Source: an uncultured Granulosicoccaceae bacterium
GTDB taxonomy: Bacteria; Pseudomonadota; Gammaproteobacteria; Granulosicoccales; Granulosicoccaceae
Assembly: GCA_964593315.1 (NCBI GenBank)
Contig: CAZQKJ010000001.1
Coordinates: 1 to 40,849, forward strand
DNA: 40,849 nucleotides
Reading direction: 5' to 3'
In this document: positions 1 through 7,930 of the stretch, piece by piece
How positions within the stretch are numbered: position 1 is the stretch's first letter
Layout of the letters: each line of letters begins with the position of its first letter
Notes under the pieces: model-generated
Told to the model about the DNA's origin: nothing
Database searches by the model: none
What the model saw: the letters and a program-made list of their open reading frames with translations, nothing else
Translations under genes and position numbers: made by a program

Positions 1-263
1 TCGTTAACACATCGCGTGCAGAGATAATCGAACCCTCCGCACTAAAAGATGCGCTTGATAACGCGACCATTGCAGGCGCTGCCACTGATGTCTACCTGGT
101 AGAGCCCGCGACCGCATCCGACTGGATGGTCAGTCACCCTCGTATATTGCCCACACCGCACATAGGTTACTGCACGGATGAGACATTTCAGGTGTTCTAC
201 CAACAGATGTTCGAGGGCTTTAAAGCTTACTACACTGGATCACCCGTTCGAGTGATTGAGTGA
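1..263 (+). CDS. D-isomer-specific 2-hydroxyacid dehydrogenase family protein, C-terminal fragment (5' end lies outside the window)
   Basis: The frame is open from the window edge (codons from nt 3) to TGA 261-263. The translation ..VNTSRAEIIEPSALKDAL..IAGAATDVY..EP..HPRILPTPHIGYCTDE.. carries the family's C-terminal block, with the catalytic His in xTPHIGx. Confidence 0.7.
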   Translation, partial: VNTSRAEIIEPSALKDALDNATIAGAATDVYLVEPATASDWMVSHPRILPTPHIGYCTDETFQVFYQQMFEGFKAYYTGSPVRVIE

Positions 264-327
264 AACATCGCCGCCCGTGCTTGTAATTTTTCTCAGGCAA
301 GATTCATTGGTGCCAGCTACAAACGGG

Positions 328-347
328 GCGAACCATTGCGAACCATC
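328..347 (+). repeat. Perfect tandem direct repeat GCGAACCAT(T)/GCGAACCAT(C) in the leader of the 397..999 gene
   Basis: Read directly from the sequence: gcgaaccatt gcgaaccatc, about 50 nt upstream of the start codon. Function is unknown; it may be a protein-binding site. Confidence 0.5.
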
Positions 348-396
348 TCGTTCTATTCTGCGGTAAACTGCTCATCGACATGACAGGAGATCCATC

Positions 397-999
397 ATGC
401 GAAATATAATCACGCTGTTTTTGTATTGCTGTCTTTCAATTTCTGCATACGCCCAAACCACAGCATGCATTGATGAAGATAATGATGGCTGGGGCTGGAA
501 TGGAGTAGAATCCTGTGAACTAACACCTACCGCAGGTGATTGCTTTGATTCCGATCCTGTCGGCGACGGCTGGGGGTGGGATGGAGTACAGTCGTGCCGA
601 ATCGGGCAGTCAGCAGATGCCAGTACCAATCCAGTTGATGAACCTGTTGTTAACACAAGCAATAACCAAATAGATGAACTGGCATTGATCAGATCAAAAT
701 TTGGTGCCGATGAAAGCCAGTATTTCCCGGGGTGGAATCGCAGAGGTGTCGCAATCCTTTGCGCCGCGACACAACAAAGCGCTGAACAAGTTTATTTCTT
801 GTTCGATGACGGTGAACTAAAACTACTGAACGGTCACGGGTTATGGAGCGGTGGTTGGCACAATGATGACAATCAGTTGCAATTCCTCTGGCGTAACTTT
901 GATGATCCCGCAACCCGTACCTGGACCGTTGACATTACTGAAACGGGCGTTGTACTCGGTCGCGGAGGCAGAGAATGTACCTGGATTGAATCGAATTGA
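397..999 (+). CDS. Secreted protein with two Cys-bounded D-x-D-G-W-G-W-(N/D)-G modules; function unknown
   Basis: AGGAG at 385-389 lies 7 nt before the ATG. The N-terminal signal peptide is MRNIITLFLYCCLSISAYA/QT. The duplicated motifs are ACIDEDNDGWGWNGVESC and DCFDSDPVGDGWGWDGVQSC. Confidence 0.7.
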   Translation: MRNIITLFLYCCLSISAYAQTTACIDEDNDGWGWNGVESCELTPTAGDCFDSDPVGDGWGWDGVQSCRIGQSADASTNPVDEPVVNTSNNQIDELALIRSKFGADESQYFPGWNRRGVAILCAATQQSAEQVYFLFDDGELKLLNGHGLWSGGWHNDDNQLQFLWRNFDDPATRTWTVDITETGVVLGRGGRECTWIESN

Positions 1000-1008
1000 A
1001 CCGGACCT

Positions 1009-1476
1009 CTACCCGGCACTCCAAACCATAATAACGGTTTCAAAACCGCGATGTTTTGCCCTATGCAATTTTAGGAAATCGTGGTTCGTATACATTGGCA
1101 CCAGACTATCCTCACACTGCAGGTACAGTTTTTCCAAACCCAGTAATACACAATGCTGTTTCACTCGATCTATCAGTAACTTACCTACACCGGTTCCACG
1201 ATTTTCGGGATGAACGAAAAGCCCGCCCAGCCAGTGCTCATATTCCGGATGGTTTTTATTCTCTTTAAACTTCAACTCGACTACACCGATCAACGCATCT
1301 TCCTCAATTGCCACAAAAGCGAGTGGAATTTGATGATCACTTTTTGACTTGTTTTTTACGTTTGCAGCTAGTTCTTCAACCGTAGTCGTGAAAGCCGGAC
1401 CAGCCCATTCATCGTAGTACCACTGTGCTATTTCAGTAGCCTTATCAGGATACTCCGATAAAAATGAAATTTTCAT
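1009..1476 (-). CDS. GNAT family N-acetyltransferase
   Basis: The acetyl-CoA binding motif is VHPENRGTGVGKLLI. I place the start at the internal ATG (MKISFLSEYP..), which has GAGGA 8 nt upstream. The ORF track extends the ORF to 1512. Confidence 0.8.
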   Translation of the reverse strand: MKISFLSEYPDKATEIAQWYYDEWAGPAFTTTVEELAANVKNKSKSDHQIPLAFVAIEEDALIGVVELKFKENKNHPEYEHWLGGLFVHPENRGTGVGKLLIDRVKQHCVLLGLEKLYLQCEDSLVPMYTNHDFLKLHRAKHRGFETVIMVWSAG

Positions 1477-1527
1477 GTTGGGGGTCCTCACAAAGTTTCC
1501 TGCATACCCCACATGAGGTACAAGTTC

Positions 1528-1833
1528 CTATCGCTTGCTGGCAGTTAACTGACTTTTCAAAATACCAAGCTTCAACACCAGGCGGGCTTTATCCGCATCG
1601 GTAGTGGTGTCCTGCAGAAGGTCTTCAACTCGCAGGATCTCGGCTCGCAGTGCGATCTCGGGCGGGAGAAAACCTGAATTTTTTAGGATGCGATAACTCA
1701 CCCGCAACTCAGTCGGTATCGCTGAGTCATCATCCAGAGCCAATGGCTTACCCTGCCCTGGAAGATTGTCCAGTTCCCCCAGGTCGCGGGATGTGCGGAT
1801 TCTGTTCTCCGCTATTTTGTCCAGAAAATCCAC
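1528..1833 (-). CDS. DUF1992 (DnaJ-C28-like) domain protein
   Basis: The 101-aa product has the characteristic N-terminus IAE.RI......G..DNLPGQGKPL..DD and a helical C-terminus. Confidence 0.75.
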   Translation of the reverse strand: MDFLDKIAENRIRTSRDLGELDNLPGQGKPLALDDDSAIPTELRVSYRILKNSGFLPPEIALRAEILRVEDLLQDTTTDADKARLVLKLGILKSQLTASKR

Positions 1834-2106
1834 CTAAACCACTCCACAAATGCTTGGTTCGATCATATTTTAAGGCCGGGTGACCCGGTATTTCAGGGCA
1901 TTCCGGCATTTCGCACTGTGACTGTTATATTCACAAAAATGCCAACCGATACCAGACCGACGCATGCATATCTTCTCATGTCCGAAAAATTCTTCCATGA
2001 GTGAGACCTGTGTACATGGGTCAGCGCCAAATGTTTGGTAACTTTCGAATAAATTGGCACCAGCGTCAGATCACACTGATTGACACGATTGCGACAGGAG
2101 ACCGAT

Positions 2107-2259
2107 ATGCCAGCAGCTAGAAGACCGCGTCGCAGCAAGTTGCGGCGCAAACGAACCACTGATTTCGATACTTCAGTCTGGGGCGTCTACTTCAAAATAA
2201 TGATACCTCTTATCGTGCTGGTGGTGCCATTTGTCTTCGCATGGTGGATACTGAGATAA
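2107..2259 (+). CDS. Possible 50-aa tail-anchored small membrane protein (below the ORF-track cutoff)
   Basis: AGGAG at 2096-2100 lies 6 nt before ATG 2107. The product is MPAARRPRRSKLRRKRTTDFDTSVWGVYFKIMIPLIVLVVPFVFAWWILR, an Arg/Lys-rich N-terminus followed by one clear TM helix, ending at TAA 2257-2259. Confidence 0.4.
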   Translation: MPAARRPRRSKLRRKRTTDFDTSVWGVYFKIMIPLIVLVVPFVFAWWILR

Positions 2260-2325
2260 TCGTTACTCACGGAAGCGCATTATCTGAAGAAGGGATCTAT
2301 TGAGTGAATCTACCAGATAACAGAG

Positions 2326-3399
2326 TTAGGGCATTCTAACTTCTGTACCTTCTGAAACACCCTCTACAATTTCAATCTTCAAACCATCTGACAAACCCGT
2401 CTGTACTTCTGTTTTTTCAAACCCTTCACCTTCCCTGATCAGAACATAAGTTTTATCATCTTCAAATACCAGCGCCGCCTCATCCAGCGTTAACACATCA
2501 TCACGACGATCAAGCACAATATCAGCATTGGCGCTGTAGCCTGCCCTGATCTGACGCTCAGGATTCTGTTTAATAGCTGCACGAATACCAAACTGCACAG
2601 TGCCTTCCGCTCTATCACCCTTGGGTGAAATAAACTCAAGTTCACCTTCGAATGTTTCGTTTTCTATTGCACCGATACTGATCACCAACGCCATACCCTC
2701 TTCAATGCGGCCTACTTCGGATTCATCTACGGTACCCGTAAATATCATATCGGTCATATCGGCAACCGATGCGATTGTAGTACCTTCATTGAAATTGTTG
2801 GTCTCAGTCACCGTTTCTCCTTCTTTGACCGGGACCTGAAGTATGGTGCCCCTTACCGTTGAGCGGATTTCACTGGACACAGTACCAGCCTCGCCGCTAC
2901 CGCCTTCACGTATCAATCTAAGGTTACTTCTGGCACTGGCTTCCTCTTCGCGCTTGATATCAAACTCGTATTGGTATCTTGCGAATTCATCTTTTGAAAT
3001 AACATTGTCCTGCAACAGATCTTTGCGTCGGTCAAGTTCGCGACGGGCGTTTTCAGTACCAATACGTGCAGTATCCACGCGCGCCTGCGCTGAGTTAAGG
3101 GTAACTGCATCGGGCACAATTCTGATCTTTGCAATCAATGCTTCCCGCTCGACCGTCTCGCCCGCCTCAAGATAAAGCGTTTCTACCACGCCTGACACTC
3201 GCGATTTTATGGTCACTTCCCGTCTCGGCTCAATAGCACCAGTGGCGACTGCTTTTTTTATGATGATATCCGTAGAGACAGTCCTGGTCTCATAAACTTC
3301 TTCCGGTATATCGTTGCGTTTAATCAAAAAATACAACCCGCCACCAAGTAGCGCGAGCACTAAAAACAGTAATACAACTCTGACTAACATCCTAAACAT
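2326..3399 (-). CDS. HlyD/MacA-type periplasmic adaptor (membrane fusion protein) of the ABC exporter
   Basis: It has an N-terminal TM anchor, a coiled-coil hairpin region (ARVDTARIGTENARRELDRRKDLLQDNVISKDEF..) and a beta-barrel C-terminal part. It is the last gene of the 4-gene minus-strand operon, 2 nt after the preceding stop. Confidence 0.9.
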   Translation of the reverse strand: MFRMLVRVVLLFLVLALLGGGLYFLIKRNDIPEEVYETRTVSTDIIIKKAVATGAIEPRREVTIKSRVSGVVETLYLEAGETVEREALIAKIRIVPDAVTLNSAQARVDTARIGTENARRELDRRKDLLQDNVISKDEFARYQYEFDIKREEEASARSNLRLIREGGSGEAGTVSSEIRSTVRGTILQVPVKEGETVTETNNFNEGTTIASVADMTDMIFTGTVDESEVGRIEEGMALVISIGAIENETFEGELEFISPKGDRAEGTVQFGIRAAIKQNPERQIRAGYSANADIVLDRRDDVLTLDEAALVFEDDKTYVLIREGEGFEKTEVQTGLSDGLKIEIVEGVSEGTEVRMP

Positions 3400-3401
3400 A
3401 A

Positions 3402-4673
3402 TTATTCCGCACGAAGTGCTTCTACTGGGTTTATCTTCATGGCATGCCGCGCCGGTATTAACGTCGCCAGTAATGAGGCAACGGCCAATGCCACGATGGC
3501 GGCAATTGCGATTTTAAGATCTATGACAGGGGTATCAAACAACACATCGGCATCCACACTTTTGGTAATGGGTCGGGTGAATACATCAACAATAAATAAG
3601 GCGAACAGACCGGCTAACAGCCCCATGAAGCCGGACACTCCTACCAGAAATGTGGTCTCGGCAAGTACCATGGTCAGCACAGAGCGTGGCGTTGCACCAA
3701 TGGATTTTCGAATTCCAAATTCACGACGCCTTTCGCGAATAGCAATCATCATGATGTTACTAACGCCTAATACACCCGCTAACAGTGTCGCTAACCCCAC
3801 CGTCCAGATAAAAGCTCGAATCCCGATAAACAATCTCTCGATTCGCAAAAACTCAGTCTCTGAGTTCCAGTTACCGAAAGCGCGATTATCAGCGGGTGCA
3901 ACACGATGGCGTTGTTTCAGAAGCTGGCGCATATCTGCAGCCACATCTTTACTGCGCAGACCTGGTTCCGGCACCATTGCATAAAATCCGATCTCTTCAC
4001 CGTAGTTGAACACCTGCTGAAAAGTTGAGATCGGCGTCATCACCAGACTGCCCATGCGTTCCCGATTGTTTCCATAGCGCCTGGGTTTAAAAACTCCCAC
4101 AACAGTAAAGCTGATACGTCTGATCTGGATTTGTAGCCCAACGGGATCCACACCTTCACCAAAGAGATCACGATGGATTCGTTCACCGATCACGGCAACC
4201 TTGCGCTTTTGATCGATATCGATCGGATTTATAAATCGACCGTACTTGAGTGTCATTGGCAATACATTGCGATATTCCGGCACATCACCGGAGATCTCCG
4301 CGTCGGTGATCTTGTTACCACTGACGACATCACTTCTACCCCGAAAACGGGCCAATCGAACCCGCGGCGCTAAGGTACTGATGCCGGGTACTTTTGCCAT
4401 TAACGCATCGGTATCTTCATTGTCCAGATTAATCTCTCTACCGGGAGGCAAACCCTGCCAGGGTGTTGAAGTTGCCTGCCCCCACAAGTAGAGCGCATTG
4501 GTCGCGTAACCCGACATACTTTTATTAACACCGGCCTGAATACCGTTACCAAATCCCAACATCACAATAAGAATAAAAACACCCCAGAAGATACCGGATG
4601 CAGTAAGCAATGTTCGAAGGCGGTTGCTTCTTAAGACTTGCCAGATTTCACTCCACAGTTCGCGATCCATCAT
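3402..4673 (-). CDS. ABC transporter permease, FtsX/MacB-type (paralog 2)
   Basis: The layout is TM1, a large periplasmic domain, then three C-terminal TMs. The FtsX-domain signature is IAIRERRREFGIRKSIGATPRSV. Its ATG overlaps the stop of the upstream permease (ATGA at 4670-4673). Confidence 0.9.
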   Translation of the reverse strand: MMDRELWSEIWQVLRSNRLRTLLTASGIFWGVFILIVMLGFGNGIQAGVNKSMSGYATNALYLWGQATSTPWQGLPPGREINLDNEDTDALMAKVPGISTLAPRVRLARFRGRSDVVSGNKITDAEISGDVPEYRNVLPMTLKYGRFINPIDIDQKRKVAVIGERIHRDLFGEGVDPVGLQIQIRRISFTVVGVFKPRRYGNNRERMGSLVMTPISTFQQVFNYGEEIGFYAMVPEPGLRSKDVAADMRQLLKQRHRVAPADNRAFGNWNSETEFLRIERLFIGIRAFIWTVGLATLLAGVLGVSNIMMIAIRERRREFGIRKSIGATPRSVLTMVLAETTFLVGVSGFMGLLAGLFALFIVDVFTRPITKSVDADVLFDTPVIDLKIAIAAIVALAVASLLATLIPARHAMKINPVEALRAE

Positions 4674-5902
4674 GAGGGTTGCAACGCCTCTACAGGATCA
4701 ATCGCGGCGGCTTTTCGCGCTGGCAGATAACCTGCCAGGGTGCCAGACACCACTACCAGTAATGTCACTGCCACCACAACAAAGGTATTTACATCGGGCT
4801 GATACATATATTCATTTTCAGGCACTGTCGCCTTAAGCAGTTCCAGCAAGCCAAGACTTGCGAGCAGTCCGAGGTAGCCTGCGACCGATGTGACTATGAC
4901 CGACTCCAGAACGATCAGTCTGGTAATTGAACCCGGCGTGGCACCAATCGCTTTGCGGATACCGATCTCACGTCTGCGCTCGGACACAGAGATCACCATA
5001 ATGTTGCTAACGGCCAGAATACCGGTGAGTACTGTGCCGATACCAACCACAGCGACAAACACTCGCACCCAATAAAACAAATCAGTGACTTTTTTGTATT
5101 CATCCAGATTGTTGTATATACGGGCCGCACGTTGATCATGTACAGAAAAATTATGCGATCTCGCCAGCTGCTCTCTTACTTGCTGTTCACTGTCTTTACT
5201 TTGCTGGTAAGTGGCATCCCCCACTGTGTACATGAGTTGATGTAGACGATCCGGCTCTCCATACAATAACTGAGTAGTAGATATCGGCAGGTAGATAGTC
5301 TCTTCCTCGCCACGTGATCCGGCATCCGTGAACACTCCAATTACCTGGCAGCCGTTAACACCGATTCCGATAAATTCACCAATCGCACCGCTGCCTGTCT
5401 GACCAAATAACTGGTCAACAACCTGCGCCCCGATAACACAGACCTTACGTCGTTCAACCATATCCAAATCATTAATAAAGCGTCCATCTGTGATCACGGT
5501 TTTTTCGAGATACAGATGATCAGGATGCACACCACGAATATCAAACGCTGCCTGTCTGCCTCCATAACTGACAGGGTTATCACCACCCACATAGTATCGG
5601 CCTGTCAGTTTATCTACATGATCAATCTTGTTGCTCAGCAGGCTGTAGTCTTCATTGCTGTAGCGAACAGCGCGGCCACGTGGCAGTCCCTCGTGGTCAA
5701 TCGTGGTTTTGCCCTGATAAATTCTGATGCTGTTTACTGCATCATCTGCAAACTGTAGCTCCACACCGTTTTGTAGTCCCCGACCCGCTCCGAGCAACAA
5801 CACCAGCATAAATATTCCCCACGCCACTGTCAGCACCGCCAGAGCTGTACGGGTTTTATGTGTACGCAATGAGTCTGCGATTTCCCTGAGTGAGTCAATC
5901 AC
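4670..5902 (-). CDS. ABC transporter permease, FtsX/MacB-type (paralog 1)
   Basis: It has the same architecture as 3402..4673 and the signature VSERRREIGIRKAIGATPGSI. It lies 5 nt downstream of the ATPase gene. Confidence 0.9.
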   Translation of the reverse strand: MIDSLREIADSLRTHKTRTALAVLTVAWGIFMLVLLLGAGRGLQNGVELQFADDAVNSIRIYQGKTTIDHEGLPRGRAVRYSNEDYSLLSNKIDHVDKLTGRYYVGGDNPVSYGGRQAAFDIRGVHPDHLYLEKTVITDGRFINDLDMVERRKVCVIGAQVVDQLFGQTGSGAIGEFIGIGVNGCQVIGVFTDAGSRGEEETIYLPISTTQLLYGEPDRLHQLMYTVGDATYQQSKDSEQQVREQLARSHNFSVHDQRAARIYNNLDEYKKVTDLFYWVRVFVAVVGIGTVLTGILAVSNIMVISVSERRREIGIRKAIGATPGSITRLIVLESVIVTSVAGYLGLLASLGLLELLKATVPENEYMYQPDVNTFVVVAVTLLVVVSGTLAGYLPARKAAAIDPVEALQPS

Positions 5903-5907
5903 AGGCG

Positions 5908-6582
5908 CTACAGACTCTGATCGCTGATCACATCACCATCGCGCAAGACGATAGATCGATTTGACTGTGCCGCGATATCAGGCTCGTGAGTTACCAGAAC
6001 CACAGTCATCCCCTGCGCGTTGACCTCTCTAAACATTTGCATGATTTGTTCTGACGTTTGAGTATCTAGCGCACCGGTAGGCTCATCTGCCAACAGCAGT
6101 GCTGGCTCTGTTATCAGAGCTCGAGCAATCGCCACGCGTTGTGACTGGCCGCCGGACAACTCCGAAGGCTTATGGTCCGCGCGATCAGCCAACCCAACAC
6201 GCTCAAGATATTCCATCGCAATTTTGTTACGCTTTTTTCGGGACACGCTTTGATAGTAGAGCGGTAGCGCTACATTCTCTAGCGCACTCTTGTGATGAAT
6301 CAGATTAAACGACTGGAATACAAAACCAATAAAGCGGTTACGGTAACGCGCAGCCTCTGTATCAGACAGATTGACTATCGGGTGACCATCGAGCGTATAA
6401 GTACCATTATCCGGTGTATCCAGTATGCCAAGGATATTCAGTAGCGTTGACTTACCAGATCCGGAGGAGCCTTGAATCGCGACAAACTCGCCCTGCTCGA
6501 TTTGCAGGTTTATATCCGCCAATGCATGCACCCGATGCTGCCCCATCAAATAGGATTTGGCGATATTGGCAAGATCAATCAT
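5908..6582 (-). CDS. ABC transporter ATP-binding protein (MacB/LolD-like nucleotide-binding subunit)
   Basis: Motifs read: Walker [11 protein letters not shown]-loop, signature [15 protein letters not shown], Walker [13 protein letters not shown], and H-loop VLVTHEP. Confidence 0.95.
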   Translation of the reverse strand: MIDLANIAKSYLMGQHRVHALADINLQIEQGEFVAIQGSSGSGKSTLLNILGILDTPDNGTYTLDGHPIVNLSDTEAARYRNRFIGFVFQSFNLIHHKSALENVALPLYYQSVSRKKRNKIAMEYLERVGLADRADHKPSELSGGQSQRVAIARALITEPALLLADEPTGALDTQTSEQIMQMFREVNAQGMTVVLVTHEPDIAAQSNRSIVLRDGDVISDQSL

Positions 6583-6789
6583 TCGCTACAGGGACTCCGT
6601 GTACAGTCACCATATTCTAACCAAAATAGCAGATTCAAGTGACGACTTGCTCCTCAAACCTGTTTCTATTGTACTGAATTTCAATACAGACGTTACAAGC
6701 CGGATGACGCGACTATTTGCCTTGCTCTGCAGCGCTGCCATAGCGGTGCAGTACAACGTCCGACTTGCATTTCTGCTAACCTTACAGCG

Positions 6790-7785
6790 TTGAACCAGCA
6801 ATACGGCCAATCAATACAGATGAACCACAGTACCCGCCAAACCTCACCGTGCTGCACTCCCTCTATCGATGGCACTAAAGAGGCAGCCGCTACAGCTGCC
6901 GCTAAAAAACAGCCGGTGAAAGAGCTTACCGAACATGCCGGAATCGCAAATGAGTCGATCGCTATTCCTCCAGGCACAGCACTACTGGGTACTGATCGGC
7001 CAATGATTTCCATTGATGAAGAAGGCCCTTGCCGCACCAAAAATATAGCCGCTTTTCGCATGATGGAAGCACCGGTTACCAATGATCAGTTCAGCCGGTT
7101 CATCGATGCCACAGGTTATGTCACAGACGCAGAACGCTACGGCTGGTCTTTCGTATTCCACGATCAACTGCCGGCAAACTTTCAAGCCACCCAGGCGTTA
7201 GTTGATACTCAATGGTGGCGCAAGGTTGATCATGCCGACTGGCGGAGACTCTGCGGACCTGATGTCGAGCACGCTCTTGAGCCGGATCATCCGGTAGTCC
7301 ATGTCTCCTGGAACGATGCAAACGCCTTTGCCAGATGGGCTGGTGGCAGACTACCATCAGAGACCGAGTGGGAACATGCTGCTCGCGGTGGTTTGGGAGA
7401 TGTTATGTTTCCCTGGGGCGACCGTGAACCGGATGATACGAGCTTCCATCCATGCAATATTTGGCAAGGAACATTCCCGGTGCAAAATCTCCAAAAAGAT
7501 GGATTCGCTGCAACCGCCCCTGCAAAATCCTTTGAACCCAACGGCTATGGCTTGTACAACATGTGTGGCAATGTTTGGGAATGGACGTCCGGACGCTTGA
7601 AGATAACCGGAAAAACACAAGCGTCACGCGCTCAAGCCAAACACTACAAAGGCAGCAAGCTACTAAAGGGCGGATCATTTCTATGCCATAAAAGCTACTG
7701 TTTCAGATACAGAATTGCCGCACGCACCGGCACCACACCTGATTCCACTACCACTCATCAGGGGTTTAGACTGGTATTCGATTAA
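6790..7785 (+). CDS. Formylglycine-generating enzyme (FGE-sulfatase/SUMF1 family)
   Basis: Motifs read: RLPSETEWEHAARGG, GNVWEWT, and the catalytic Cys pair in GGSFLCHKSYCFRYRIAAR. The start is ambiguous between TTG 6790 and ATG 6820. Confidence 0.9.
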   Translation: MNQQYGQSIQMNHSTRQTSPCCTPSIDGTKEAAATAAAKKQPVKELTEHAGIANESIAIPPGTALLGTDRPMISIDEEGPCRTKNIAAFRMMEAPVTNDQFSRFIDATGYVTDAERYGWSFVFHDQLPANFQATQALVDTQWWRKVDHADWRRLCGPDVEHALEPDHPVVHVSWNDANAFARWAGGRLPSETEWEHAARGGLGDVMFPWGDREPDDTSFHPCNIWQGTFPVQNLQKDGFAATAPAKSFEPNGYGLYNMCGNVWEWTSGRLKITGKTQASRAQAKHYKGSKLLKGGSFLCHKSYCFRYRIAARTGTTPDSTTTHQGFRLVFD

Positions 7786-7930
7786 ACAGCACACGGCACG
7801 GTGCCGGTCAAAACCCGTCAGCCACTTCGGTAACGGTTGAACACAATATTTAAATCGGGTTATTTTCTGTTCACAGGTGAGCTTGCCTTAGTTGTGCCAG
7901 ACCCATCCCTAAAATACGACGAGATCAAAT

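Noticed and set aside
1856-1864. GGTTCGATC, a tRNA T-loop-like string, occurs here.
   Set aside because: The flanking bases cannot form a T-stem or an acceptor stem. I saw no tRNA-like cloverleaf anywhere else in the window.
1893-2159. An 88-aa minus-strand ORF lies in the DUF1992/HlyD intergenic region.
   Set aside because: It has no SD. Its Arg-rich part is the antisense shadow of the better-supported small plus-strand ORF at 2107..2259, and it has no recognisable motif.
6607-7082. ORFs 6607..6810 (-), 6693..7082 (-) and 6557..6793 (+) overlap the FGE upstream region and 5' end.
   Set aside because: They overlap the well-supported FGE gene or the divergent promoter region, lack SDs and have low-complexity, Ala/Ser-rich antisense-type composition.
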